Source: Opitutaceae bacterium (GTDB taxonomy: Bacteria; Verrucomicrobiota; Verrucomicrobiia; Opitutales; Coraliomargaritaceae). From it: a stretch of DNA of 64,000 bases. Below, one piece after another: positions 31,954-42,127 of this stretch (position 1 is the first letter of the stretch; each line of letters begins with the position of its first letter). The stretch lies in NCBI GenBank assembly GCA_051252375.1, contig JBPOFY010000002.1, forward strand, positions 416,001 through 480,000. The letters run 5' to 3'. The notes under the pieces were generated by a model that was given only the letters and a program-made list of their open reading frames with translations, was not told the origin of the DNA and ran no database searches. Made by a program: the position numbers and the translations under genes.

Positions 31954-33213
31954 ATGAACACCGCCGAGTCACACATTGAAATCCTAGCACCCGCAGGTTG
32001 CTACCCTTCCCTCCAAGCCGCGATCGACGCAGGTGCAGATGCGGTTTATTTCGGTCTCGCACAGCTCAATATGCGCGCTCGCTCGCGACGCTCCTTCCAT
32101 GTCGATGATTTAGAAACCATCATGGATCGTTGCCGCGCCGGAGGCATTCGCGGCTACCTCACGCTCAACACGCTGCTCTATGATCATGATTTAAAGCTCT
32201 GCTACAAACTACTCGAAACTGCGAAAGCCCACGGTGTGCATGCCGTGATCGCCGCCGACATGGCCTGCATCTTGAAAGCGCGTGAGCTCGGCCTCGAAGT
32301 GCACCTATCCACGCAGCTCTCGATATCGAACTATCAATCATTCAAGTTCTACGCTCAATTTTGCGACCGGATCGTGCTCGCACGTGAGGTCAATCTCTCG
32401 CTCATACAAAAGATCCGCGAACAAGTCTTAGCCGATGACTTACGCGGCCCTTCTGGACGTATTGTTGAAATTGAAGCCTTCGCGCACGGCGCACTCTGCA
32501 TTGCTGTTTCAGGCCGTTGCGGCATGTCGCTCTTCACCGACAACGCCTCCGCCAATCGCGGAGCCTGTGTGCAAAACTGCCGCAAAGAATATATCGTCAA
32601 AGATAAGGACAGCGGGCAAGAGCTCCTCATCGATAATAACTTTGTGATGTCACCCAACGACATCTCCACCATCGACTTCCTAGATCAAGTCGTGCGCGCA
32701 GGTGTTCACACCCTCAAGATCGAAGGTCGTGGACGTTCACCCGAATACGTCAAGCTAGTGACCCGCGCTTACCGCAAAGCAGTCGATGCCGTGCAAGCAG
32801 GCACCTACTCCAAAGCGCTCGTTGCGGACCTCCTTTCTGACATCACTAAAGTTTACAACCGTGGACTCTCTGATGGCTACTACCTCGGTCGTGAACAAGG
32901 CTGGTCCAAAGCGTATGGTTCGAAAGCCACCCACCAAAAAGTGCTACGCGGGCAAGTCACCCACTACTACTCAAAGATCGGCGTGGCAGAAATCACTGCC
33001 ACTGGTCCACTCCAAGTCGGCGATGAATTCGTCATCATCGGCGAAACCTCTGGCGTGATCGAAGGCACAATCGAAAGCCTCCGTCTCGACGATGGTGAAG
33101 TCACAGAAGTGAAGGCTGACGATGTGTTCGCGATCAAGGTCAGTGCAAAAGTTCGTCGTAACGATAAGTTCTTCATCCTCTCCCCCATTGCCACCCCACA
33201 ATTCGCATCGTGA
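31954..33213 (+). CDS. Peptidase U32 family protein (TrhP/RlhA-like Fe-S hydroxylase)
   Basis: [41 protein letters not shown]. Confidence 0.9.
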   Translation: MNTAESHIEILAPAGCYPSLQAAIDAGADAVYFGLAQLNMRARSRRSFHVDDLETIMDRCRAGGIRGYLTLNTLLYDHDLKLCYKLLETAKAHGVHAVIAADMACILKARELGLEVHLSTQLSISNYQSFKFYAQFCDRIVLAREVNLSLIQKIREQVLADDLRGPSGRIVEIEAFAHGALCIAVSGRCGMSLFTDNASANRGACVQNCRKEYIVKDKDSGQELLIDNNFVMSPNDISTIDFLDQVVRAGVHTLKIEGRGRSPEYVKLVTRAYRKAVDAVQAGTYSKALVADLLSDITKVYNRGLSDGYYLGREQGWSKAYGSKATHQKVLRGQVTHYYSKIGVAEITATGPLQVGDEFVIIGETSGVIEGTIESLRLDDGEVTEVKADDVFAIKVSAKVRRNDKFFILSPIATPQFAS

Positions 33214-33437
33214 AATTCATTCCCATCGCGCACAAGCAACCGGAATGTATCGGTTGTATGCTCTGCGCCGAAGTCGCTCCCCAATACTGGAAAATGAACG
33301 AAGACGGCGAAGCAGAATTACTCCGCATCACCCGCAGCGATAAAACCTTTCATTACAGTGAAGGATTCGAAGAAGACCGCGAGATACTAAACGAGGCTCA
33401 AGAAGGCTGCCCGGTGAATATCATTCGTATTGGCTAA
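33210..33437 (+). CDS. Ferredoxin
   Basis: CIGCMLC...CPVNII; GTGA overlap with the U32 gene. Confidence 0.88.
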   Translation: MKFIPIAHKQPECIGCMLCAEVAPQYWKMNEDGEAELLRITRSDKTFHYSEGFEEDREILNEAQEGCPVNIIRIG

Positions 33438-33447
33438 AACTCACCGC

Positions 33448-33480
<33 letters not shown>

Positions 33481-33531
33481 GTCAGAATCAGTTCTCTGTC
33501 CGCTCCATTCGACAGACTTATAACGCGAAAG

Positions 33532-33586
33532 GGATAACGTCGAGCAGTGGCGCGGCCTAGCCGTTGCCACCTGCGGCTGGTTGGGT
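33532..33586 (-). mobile_element. attC site
   Basis: Minus strand ACCCAAC...GTTATCC, 55 bp hairpin with an extrahelical base. ACCCAAC is complementary to the cassette start GTTGGGT. Confidence 0.85.
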
Positions 33587-34300
33587 CCTTTGTGTGTAGT
33601 GAAAAGCTCTGATGAACTCTGCAGGTATATCTGTCTTAAATTCGATCCCTCCTCTTCTAGGATCTCCCGGCCAGTCTAGATCAAGCTGTAGCCAAAGCCA
33701 GTGAACGAATATATCGCTAAGGAGGCAATCAATCCCGGTTCGGGAATGATTTCTAAACCATTCGATGGGAGTGCATACTTCAATGAAACATGGCCTTCCT
33801 GCTGAAAAATACTTCTCTTCTTCGATTCCCAGCCGGCTGGTAATACTGCGAACGAGCTCGCTGCCATCTGAGTGATAAGAACGATTCTTTATCGCTGCTT
33901 CGATCCCCCGCATGCAAAATACACCACCTTCACCATGCCCAATGTAATCGGGGCCCAATTCTTCAACAATATCATCGATACGTTCATCGAGCCCGAAGAA
34001 ATCCTTGCACCATGAGATGAGTTGAGTGCTCTCCAGTCGCTTGATTCCTCTTAGAGTATAGTCGGCCTCATCAAAGACGCGACAACCGTGGTAAGCCGAG
34101 ACAGATTCTATTCTTTCTTTGGCTGTATCAGTGAATCGAACTAGGGCATGCTTAATTTCAATCGGCAATTCTCCAATGCCAGATATTGAAGAGACGAAGT
34201 GCTCATTTTCTTGGCAAAGCTCAAGCGTCGTTTTGCTTCCAATTGAGTCCTCAAGTATGACTTCCCAAAAAGGCTTTGGATTTTCTAAGTCGAGATTCAT
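33557..34300 (-). CDS. Gene cassette, hypothetical protein (possible ADP-ribosyltransferase-like fold)
   Basis: 247 aa from the ATG just after GTTGGGT; AYHGCR...IPAEFI; stop codon inside attC. Confidence 0.7.
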   Translation of the reverse strand: MNLDLENPKPFWEVILEDSIGSKTTLELCQENEHFVSSISGIGELPIEIKHALVRFTDTAKERIESVSAYHGCRVFDEADYTLRGIKRLESTQLISWCKDFFGLDERIDDIVEELGPDYIGHGEGGVFCMRGIEAAIKNRSYHSDGSELVRSITSRLGIEEEKYFSAGRPCFIEVCTPIEWFRNHSRTGIDCLLSDIFVHWLWLQLDLDWPGDPRRGGIEFKTDIPAEFIRAFHYTQRTQPAAGGNG

Positions 34301-34306
34301 TCTTTT

Positions 34307-34621
34307 ACCCAACAAGTTATTAGTGCATTTTACGATATCATTCCCCACATCTTCAGGTCAAACGGATTATAGGTAATGAAATCCTGTCATTCCTATTGCG
34401 CTATTATTCCATTTGGGATGATAGCGCATTTTTCGCTATTATTCCTCGCTTGCTTTAAAGACGCGTAGATTGTTTCTGGACGAATGTCTGGCGTGGGCAA
34501 TAAGCGCGCATTTGGGATTATTAATTAGCGTGACATGAGCGTCCATAAGCGGTGAGGACCCAACGTCATCGGTGAACACTTTGCTAGGCCGACTGATCAC
34601 TTCAAGCTTCTCAAAGCCTCT
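34307..34621 (-). mobile_element. Integron-like platform 2 (attI-like site plus Pc-like leader), no intI
   Basis: TAATAACTT-GTTGGGT core; homologous to 4972-5273. Confidence 0.7.
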
Positions 34622-34748
34622 CGGATCGATCCATTCGACACAGGCTCATGGTGAAAAGGATAACGATCCCTACCAAAACTGGATTTTGCGCCTCTTGGAT
34701 CGATCCATTCGACACAGGCTCATGGTGAAAAGGTATAACGATCCCTAC
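34622..34748 (-). repeat. Two tandem extended GTAG REPs
   Basis: 34622-34673 and 34697-34748, both near-identical to 5274-5326. Confidence 0.88.
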
Positions 34749-34767
34749 CCCGAGAGACGCCTGCCCC

Positions 34768-35451
34768 TCAATCCATTCTCGGAGCGGTCTGAATCGGATC
34801 TTTGGTGAATGCGATGGTGTTGGCGCCTAAAGTGCCACGAAAAGCCATCGAGGGCATGACTAAGGCACGACGGCCCAAAATAGAGCCGGGGTTGAGGACT
34901 GCATTGCAGCCAACTTCAGCAGCATCGCCGACCAAGGCACCGAGCTTTCTCAATCCGGATGTGGTGCGTGAACCATCGGGCAACTGCACTGGCACCTCGG
35001 TTTGATCGAGGCGTAGATTTGAACAAATCACGCCAGCGCCGAGATGGGCACCATTGCCCAACACACTATCACCGACATAGCTAAAATGTGGCACCTGAAC
35101 CTTATCGAGCAATAGACAGTTCTTAAATTCACAGGAGTTGCCTAAGACACAACCAGCGCCGGCGATGACATTTCCCCGAATAAACACGCCTGGCCGCAGC
35201 TCGCAGCCTTCGGCGATATAGACAGGTCCCTTAATCGAACCGAAAGCGGGCAATTTGACAGAGGGATGGATGTAAACCGATCCCTCGATCTTAAAGCCGG
35301 CAGGGATTTCGCCCTCATATGCGCCTAACTCAGCCCCATCCAACGCAATGCGTATGCGTGAAACCCATTCCCATGGAGCGAGTTCGCCAGTAAACACACC
35401 TGCAAACGGAAGGGACTCGGGGAAAGTAAACAAATCATTCGCTTTGAACAT
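34768..35451 (-). CDS. GlmU-like left-handed beta-helix acyltransferase (LbH domain only)
   Basis: Hexapeptide repeats, HFSYVGDSVLG, RKLGALVGD. Confidence 0.8.
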   Translation of the reverse strand: MFKANDLFTFPESLPFAGVFTGELAPWEWVSRIRIALDGAELGAYEGEIPAGFKIEGSVYIHPSVKLPAFGSIKGPVYIAEGCELRPGVFIRGNVIAGAGCVLGNSCEFKNCLLLDKVQVPHFSYVGDSVLGNGAHLGAGVICSNLRLDQTEVPVQLPDGSRTTSGLRKLGALVGDAAEVGCNAVLNPGSILGRRALVMPSMAFRGTLGANTIAFTKDPIQTAPRMD

Positions 35452-35577
35452 AACATGAGTCTGAACAAAACCACTCACCTGCGGCGAACCTAAAAATGAC
35501 TGCGCAATTCAATTATTGGTATTTGATTCGCCCGACAATAAGCCTACCTTCCTCCGTTTCCACTATTCCTACAAGCT

Positions 35578-36873
35578 GTGCACGACGTAAAAGAGAAACC
35601 CAAGATGGTCGAGAGGGCCATGCTCATCGGCATCACCCTGCCGCCAGATTCAGACACGCAAACCCGTAGTCTACTGGATGAATTGCGCGAGCTCGTCACC
35701 ACCCTCGGCATTGAGCTCTGTCACGAACGCTTGGTGCCGGTCCGTAAGCCACATGCCAAGTTCCTTGTTGGCTCTGGCAAAGCGGAAGAATTGATCAAGG
35801 AGGCACAAGAGCGTAACTGCGATGTGATCGTGATCGATAACGAGCTGACGCCCGCCCAAGAAAGAAACTGGGAAAAAGCAGCCAACGACAAAATTTTAGT
35901 CATCGACCGTCAGGAAGTGATTCTCGATATCTTCGGCAAGCGCGCGCAAACCAAAGAAGCGGTGCTACAGGTCGAGCTAGCACGCTTGGAATACAGCCTG
36001 CCACGCTTAAAAAGCGCATGGACACACCTCAGTCGCCAACGTGGCGGTGGCTCGATGCAACGTGATGCGGGTGAAACACAGCTGGAGCTCGACCAACGTA
36101 TGGTGCGCACACAAATCTCGCGCGTGAAACGTGAACTCGAAGGCGTCATCCAACAACGTGAAGTGCAGCGTAAAAGACGTATGACTGTGCCCGTGCCCAC
36201 TTGTGCGATCGTGGGCTATACCAATGCCGGTAAATCTTCGTTGCTCAACAAGCTGACGAACTCAAATATTTTGGCGGAAGATAAACTCTTCGCCACGCTC
36301 GACCCCACTTCGAGGCGTTGCCTACTACCGAATGGCCAACCGATGGTCATTACCGACACCGTCGGTTTCGTCCGCAATCTCCCCCACCGCTTGGTCGATG
36401 CCTTCAAGGCGACATTGGAAGAGGCTGTCATTTCGAACTTCCTCATCCACGTGCTCGACGTGAATAGTCCCGAGTTTGAAGCACATGCCGAAACTACGCT
36501 CAAAGTGCTCAAAGAACTGGGTGCAGGTGATAAAAAAATTATCACCGTATTCAATAAGGTGGACGACCTCTGGGATGAAAGCACCCGAAACGGGCTCATT
36601 TTTCAATTCCCCGACGCACACTTTATCAGTGCCAAAACAGGCGAAGGCCTCCCCGAATTGCTCCAAAAGATGGAAGCCATCGTGGAGAGTGAATTTAAGC
36701 AACTCCGACTCCTCATCCCACACGAACGCTACGACCTCGTGGCTCGGATCCACCGCGAAGGTGGTGTGCGTAAAGAAGAAGCACGCGATGAAGGCACCTA
36801 CCTAGTAGGCTCGATTCCGGATCGACTGCTCTCCTGTATACAACCCTACATCCTCAAGACAGAGGAGAGTTAA
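35578..36873 (+). CDS. hflX: GTPase HflX
   Basis: GETQLELD, GYTNAGKSS, LFATLDPT, DTVGF, NKVD. Confidence 0.95.
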   Translation: MHDVKEKPKMVERAMLIGITLPPDSDTQTRSLLDELRELVTTLGIELCHERLVPVRKPHAKFLVGSGKAEELIKEAQERNCDVIVIDNELTPAQERNWEKAANDKILVIDRQEVILDIFGKRAQTKEAVLQVELARLEYSLPRLKSAWTHLSRQRGGGSMQRDAGETQLELDQRMVRTQISRVKRELEGVIQQREVQRKRRMTVPVPTCAIVGYTNAGKSSLLNKLTNSNILAEDKLFATLDPTSRRCLLPNGQPMVITDTVGFVRNLPHRLVDAFKATLEEAVISNFLIHVLDVNSPEFEAHAETTLKVLKELGAGDKKIITVFNKVDDLWDESTRNGLIFQFPDAHFISAKTGEGLPELLQKMEAIVESEFKQLRLLIPHERYDLVARIHREGGVRKEEARDEGTYLVGSIPDRLLSCIQPYILKTEES

Positions 36874-37916
36874 GCTGTTTCCGTCGCCGCCTCTGATTGA
36901 ACCATCGCTCGCAGATCTTTAACAATCTCTGGGGAGATCGGCACACTTAGGTTGCTCAAATCTTCGTCTAACTCTGGATCATTGGTCTTCTTCGGTTGAA
37001 AGATCCCCAAGGCGAGATGGATCAACCAGTGTAGCACACCCTCAGTCTGCGGATCATTCAAAAACATCAACTCACGAGCTTGATAAGCCGAGTCATGTAA
37101 GCGAATCGGCAACCGTGGTTGACGCTTAGAATAATAATGCAAGCACTCGAAGACCTCTGGCAAAAGCTTCTCCTCCACCACTTTAGGCATCTCCATGCGC
37201 TTACCCATCAAACGGCTGCGACGACGGCGGCGCTCATGATACTCATACACGCTTTGCAGTTCCTTCCGAGTAATACGGTTCAAGCAAAACGACAACGTTT
37301 CGGTTAAATGAAAACCACGATGCCCCAATCGATAAGGGAAAAACTTAGTCAGCCCTTTCTCGTCACCATGAGCAAAAACGTTTTGTAGATTCTTATATGA
37401 ACCACCAATCCATGCTTTATCTGCCAAGCGATCTAAGAACTCCATTAGGTCCACAAAGGTAATGATTTCCTCGGCGGCGCAAAGCTCACGAAGGTCGACA
37501 TCTATATTTGCCAATTTCACCGGGAAATCTTGATACAGTCCATATTCCTCGACGAAACGCATGCGCTGGGCATTGGCCTGTGAATCGATTTCCTCAAATG
37601 ATCCTAAATCGTCGCACTCAGCTTCAAAAACAAAAGTAGTCTCGCAGATCTCGATCAGGTGAGTGGCGGTTTTAATATCCAGCTTCTCGACCTCTAACAG
37701 TTCATCGAACGTGAAATAAATATAACGAGCGACGGTATCGCCCTTTACTTTGCTTCCAGCACGCGACCATTGGCGAACACCTGAATTTTTAGCCAATCCA
37801 GAGATCGTCAAATTCTCGAAAGGAGAACCTTGAGCGCGAAAAGCGACCTTATCCCAGCGTGCGGATAAGTCATCCGTATTAATAGGTTTGCTCGAACCGG
37901 AATCGGAGTCAGTCAT
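36870..37916 (-). CDS. Hypothetical protein, possibly with RNAP alphaCTD-like repeats
   Basis: 348 aa ORF, last gene of a five-gene run. Confidence 0.7.
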   Translation of the reverse strand: [348 protein letters not shown]

Positions 37917-37936
37917 GAAGTAGATAGAAAAAACTG

Positions 37937-38866
37937 CTAAGAGGCACTGGCCATCGGCGCACCACCGCTACTTGCAGCTGGGGCATTGACGTTGTGAGCG
38001 AGGATTTCCTCAGCCAAATCATCATAGTCCTTCCCCACGCCATCGGCAACATCACGGCTTTCAACGAGACATACAGGCAGACCTAAGGTAACGGCACGGC
38101 GAACAATCGTCGCATCGCGAACACAGGCGTTATAGATTTTGGCCTCATTGGAAACGAGTCGTTGCTTCTTAAACTGGTTCAAGCGCAATTGCATACGCAT
38201 CTTAGGCACGCCGATATCGACGTTGGCTTTAATCGAGTTGAAAATCACCCCCGAAACACGCGCAAAATTTCCCATTTCTTGAATACGGAAACCAGCAGAG
38301 CGACGATAGAACAAGAGCAGCTTTTCAATCATCAGAGTAAATCCGATCAATGAAAGGGCATCCGGGTTGGAAGGCACGTAGAGCTCATCCGCACTGAAAA
38401 TACCACACTGCGATGCATTGAGCACGTTTGGAGGGCAATCGTAGAGAATGAAGTCGTAGTCTTTCTCCACTTCACGAATCTGTTCATTAAAGATCAGATA
38501 GTGCGGGTTCTGTGGATTGATCTTATATTCATTCTCGATATCGATGAGATTGAAAGTGGTCGGCAGTAGATCGAGTCCGGGCAGCTGTAGGTTGCCTTGG
38601 TTATCACGCACCACATCTTTTACGATGATGTCCTTAATTCTGTCCTCGCCTGGCTCGAAGATCGAATAACTCGATCCACGTTTTTCCATATTGATGCGAT
38701 TCCAGCGCTCAATACGCAGCAACCAGATGCTCGAATTCGATTGAGTATCCAGATCGCAGAGAAGCACTTTCTTCCCTTTCTGAGCAAGACACGCAGCAAT
38801 ATTGACGATCAGTGATGTTTTACCAACACCCCCTTTATAGTTAATAAATGCTAGTTTACGAGCCAT
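37937..38866 (-). CDS. ParA/Soj family ATPase (orphan)
   Basis: KGGVGKTS, DLDTQSNSS, YDCPP. Confidence 0.9.
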   Translation of the reverse strand: MARKLAFINYKGGVGKTSLIVNIAACLAQKGKKVLLCDLDTQSNSSIWLLRIERWNRINMEKRGSSYSIFEPGEDRIKDIIVKDVVRDNQGNLQLPGLDLLPTTFNLIDIENEYKINPQNPHYLIFNEQIREVEKDYDFILYDCPPNVLNASQCGIFSADELYVPSNPDALSLIGFTLMIEKLLLFYRRSAGFRIQEMGNFARVSGVIFNSIKANVDIGVPKMRMQLRLNQFKKQRLVSNEAKIYNACVRDATIVRRAVTLGLPVCLVESRDVADGVGKDYDDLAEEILAHNVNAPAASSGGAPMASAS

Positions 38867-38917
38867 GTTAAATCCTTGGTTTATATAAAAATATGATATG
38901 AAGGGCGGAATCCGTTC

Positions 38918-39646
38918 TTAGAACTGATTCTCGAAGTCGTCGATAGTAGGCAACTCTTCAGAAAAACCGACAGAAAAATCACCAAATTCGTCCACACCGT
39001 CATGTGTGCCTGTTTTGGCGCTCGGCTCCTCTTGGCTTGAAAGAATCTTTTCGGAGATCGCACGGTCGATGTAGATTTCCGCCCAGTAGCCATTCTCCAC
39101 CTCATAATCATCAGGCACATAACCATACTTATCAAGAATCTCAAGGATCAGTGATGAATCAGGGGTCGCGCTGAACCCAGAAAGCATGCCACGATCTTCG
39201 TGAGCGGCAATCGTTTCATCCACAATAAATGGTGGCACGATACCATCATATGATGGGTGGATCGTGTGCTGTGTGGACCAACGCTGCCAGCGCTCTCGAT
39301 CGACGGAGCGTTCGGTCTTAGACAGCGCTTCGAAATAATAGATCTTACGACGGCTGAGACGGCGAACCAAGGCGCAGGCCTTCACATCACCATGCTCAAT
39401 TTCCAACCAGTCACCACGACGTGGCTCTTCTACCGGATTACGTGTCTGCGAAATATCCTCTGGGGCTTCGAGGAAGTCTTTACCGCCAGTGAAACAGAAC
39501 TTAACTTCGGTTTCGCCGTGACGTTGAATGTCGAGCTTACCTTTCTTAATCAGCTCTTCTTGAAACTTCTCCGCATCATTACGAGATGATGCCCACATGA
39601 ATTGTGTGATTGAAGTTGTGACTTTGAATTTACGTTGAATAGACAT
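38918..39646 (-). CDS. Hypothetical protein
   Basis: 242 aa ORF co-oriented within the operon; acidic tail. Confidence 0.7.
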   Translation of the reverse strand: MSIQRKFKVTTSITQFMWASSRNDAEKFQEELIKKGKLDIQRHGETEVKFCFTGGKDFLEAPEDISQTRNPVEEPRRGDWLEIEHGDVKACALVRRLSRRKIYYFEALSKTERSVDRERWQRWSTQHTIHPSYDGIVPPFIVDETIAAHEDRGMLSGFSATPDSSLILEILDKYGYVPDDYEVENGYWAEIYIDRAISEKILSSQEEPSAKTGTHDGVDEFGDFSVGFSEELPTIDDFENQF

Positions 39647-39697
39647 GGTTCGATTTGGTTTAGGTGATAGACGTAAAGTAAATGAAAACGGTCGAGG

Positions 39698-40651
39698 TTA
39701 ACCGGCGGCTTGTTCATCCTGAGCATCAGAAGCTTCAGCTGAAGCCTCCAAGCCAGGAACAGCATGCAACATTTCTGCTGCGCTTTGGAATCGATCTTCG
39801 GGATTGTATGCGAGGGCTTTTGCCATCCATGCATCCCAGCGCGGATTGATTCCATTGACTGCCTGGGTTGGCATATCCAATGAAAGGCTATGACGACCAG
39901 TCAGCATGCGGTAAACAATCAGACCGATTGAATACAAATTACTCAAATGATCGGGGCGATTGCCCGCACGTTGCTCGGGGCTGTAATATTCAAAAGCGCT
40001 GAGCAATGCAGGAAGCGCACGACTAAAGCCGGGCAAGGGATCAAACGGCGTAGGCTCCATGCGAGCATCTTTACGTGAGAGATGAAAGTCATCCCAAGCG
40101 TTACCGATCAATTCAGTGACTCCAAATTCGGCGACTTTGACACCTTCTTCAGCGATCATGATATTTGCAGGCTTCAGATCCGCATGGATCACTCCATGAG
40201 AATGCGCGTGGTCGACTCCAAGCAGCAGGTAGTAGAGATAGTAAGAAATTTCGTCTTGAGACAAGGGGCCTTTATTGTGGCTCATCAAGTCATGCAGCGT
40301 GCGAATGCAATTTCTTTCGGCAGTCATTTCGCCCTCGATGAGCTCCATGCGAAGCCAGTAAAACATGTCTTCTTCGCCCAAGTCATCGATGCGGAGAATA
40401 TTCGGATGTTCCAATTTGGTTTGAATGCGAGCTGCCTGCTTGAAGGCTTCGCTCGCTTCTGTCCCAGAAAACCCTTTAGGGATCACTTTGACAGCAAACT
40501 GCTTACCGAGAATCTCATGCTGCGCAAGATACACTTCGCCAATCGCTCCCTTCCCAACGAAACTAACAATGTGCAAATTTCCAAGCGTCATGCCTGGCTG
40601 TAATGAGCTAAGCTCATCTGTGAATCCCATTCCGGAAATATCCATAATCAT
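39698..40651 (-). CDS. Hanks-type Ser/Thr kinase domain with atypical motifs
   Basis: GKGAIGEVY, AVK, HADLKPAN, AEFG, SPE. Confidence 0.88.
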   Translation of the reverse strand: MIMDISGMGFTDELSSLQPGMTLGNLHIVSFVGKGAIGEVYLAQHEILGKQFAVKVIPKGFSGTEASEAFKQAARIQTKLEHPNILRIDDLGEEDMFYWLRMELIEGEMTAERNCIRTLHDLMSHNKGPLSQDEISYYLYYLLLGVDHAHSHGVIHADLKPANIMIAEEGVKVAEFGVTELIGNAWDDFHLSRKDARMEPTPFDPLPGFSRALPALLSAFEYYSPEQRAGNRPDHLSNLYSIGLIVYRMLTGRHSLSLDMPTQAVNGINPRWDAWMAKALAYNPEDRFQSAAEMLHAVPGLEASAEASDAQDEQAAG

Positions 40652-40687
40652 TTTGGGTTATACTGAATTTTAAGAGGTGTTGAGTTA

Positions 40688-41854
40688 TTAGAATCGTTTC
40701 TTTGGCTTGGACGGCGCCTTAAATCGAGCGGGCGCATTGGGCACCTCAGTTGCGGGTTTGGTCATACCTGGCTTTTTAGGAGGCTCAGGAGCCACTATCC
40801 CGGAGCCTGGTTTGGTAGGCTTCGGTGGCGGTGGCACTGCACGAACCGGCTTTGGTGGTGGCGGTGCCACATCGACAGGCACTTTTTCCATACCTTCTTC
40901 ACTATTTAAAAACTCAATGATTGGATCCACCGCAGGGGCGGTAGGGGCGGCGGTGGTCGCAGGGGCCGCATTTGCCGTTGCACCTTCAGTTGCAGATGCA
41001 GGCTCTTTAATCATCTCATCCGCTGAGGCAATCATCGCCAACCCGGCAATCAGAACGAAGTCAAAAGTAACAAAACTAAAGAGAAAGAGTGCGACATCAG
41101 CACTGAGCACATTGATCACTTTCAAGAACGCGATGATTGGGATGAGCCCGGGCAGGTAAAGCAACGCGTTGATCAACATCTGATCGGAGGTTTCGCGTAG
41201 CTCAGGATGACGCGCCTTGGCGGTCTTAAAAGCAGTCGCAAATCGAGCAATCGGTATAATGAACAAAAAGCCGGATGCTAAACTGATCAAGAGGGCTGCG
41301 TTCGTTTTAATCCCTGAAGCAACTGACAGCATCGCGCAGCCAAAAATCAATGCATAAGCAAACGAATCAAAAACCAGATCTTTGCTTTCCGGTTGCTTAC
41401 TAGGTGCAAGCAAGTGATTCAAAATCACCCCCGCGACGATTCCGAGTGGAATCCAGATAAATACGCTCACCACCAATGGCGCACCGACACTCGGACCGTT
41501 CAAGTAATTGGCATACAAGTAGGTCGTAAAAACACCATGTAATGCAGTCAGAGCAAAGGCGCCGCCTAAAACTTTCGCACCCGTAACAAATCGAGCTTCC
41601 GCAATTTTGCTAGCCTTGCGGAATAGCACCACTGCTGCAAAACCAGCCAAACAGAAACAAAGCACCAGCGAGGCATAGTTGACTGCCTGAAAGGCCGTGA
41701 TGGATTGAGATTCTGCGACAACAGAACTTGCGCTTCCATCTAAAGTAGTGCTAGCGTTTGCAACATCCACCGATGACTCCGGTGCAGGCTGATTTTGAGG
41801 ATCAGCCTTACGAATGGGTGGTATCGGAGTCAGCAGTGAGGCTTTTTCAGACAT
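40688..41854 (-). CDS. 7TM membrane protein with Pro/Lys-rich tail (opsin-like, no retinal Lys)
   Basis: Seven hydrophobic segments spaced like microbial rhodopsin helices A-G. Confidence 0.6.
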   Translation of the reverse strand: MSEKASLLTPIPPIRKADPQNQPAPESSVDVANASTTLDGSASSVVAESQSITAFQAVNYASLVLCFCLAGFAAVVLFRKASKIAEARFVTGAKVLGGAFALTALHGVFTTYLYANYLNGPSVGAPLVVSVFIWIPLGIVAGVILNHLLAPSKQPESKDLVFDSFAYALIFGCAMLSVASGIKTNAALLISLASGFLFIIPIARFATAFKTAKARHPELRETSDQMLINALLYLPGLIPIIAFLKVINVLSADVALFLFSFVTFDFVLIAGLAMIASADEMIKEPASATEGATANAAPATTAAPTAPAVDPIIEFLNSEEGMEKVPVDVAPPPPKPVRAVPPPPKPTKPGSGIVAPEPPKKPGMTKPATEVPNAPARFKAPSKPKKRF

Positions 41855-42127
41855 AAAAGGTTAAATGACAGTAGGAAATAAAAAGGATTGGAGCGCTCGC
41901 ATAATGACGCATCTACCAATAGACGGTAAAGTAGCAAAAAGCGCAAAATACATTTTTTACACTTCCTTGAAGCGATTACATAGATCACATAGATTATATC
42001 GACAAATCATAGGGATTTTACCTTAAATGACTCCTATTGAATCGACTTTTGTAAGTTGTAATTGTATAAAAAACAAGGTCACAGCATGACAAATAACGGC
42101 ATAGATCTATAGAAAGTAGGCAATACC

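Noticed and set aside
34301..34348. Longer start for the cassette ORF
   Set aside because: Crosses the attI-like junction; ATG 34300 lies just inside the cassette.
34622..34748. Two ~52 bp direct repeats with a short spacer, CRISPR-like
   Set aside because: Only two units, GTAG REP structure, dispersed copy at 5274, and no cas genes.
37937..38866. ParA as evidence of a plasmid, prophage or origin
   Set aside because: No parB, rep, integrase or phage genes, and the context is chromosomal housekeeping.
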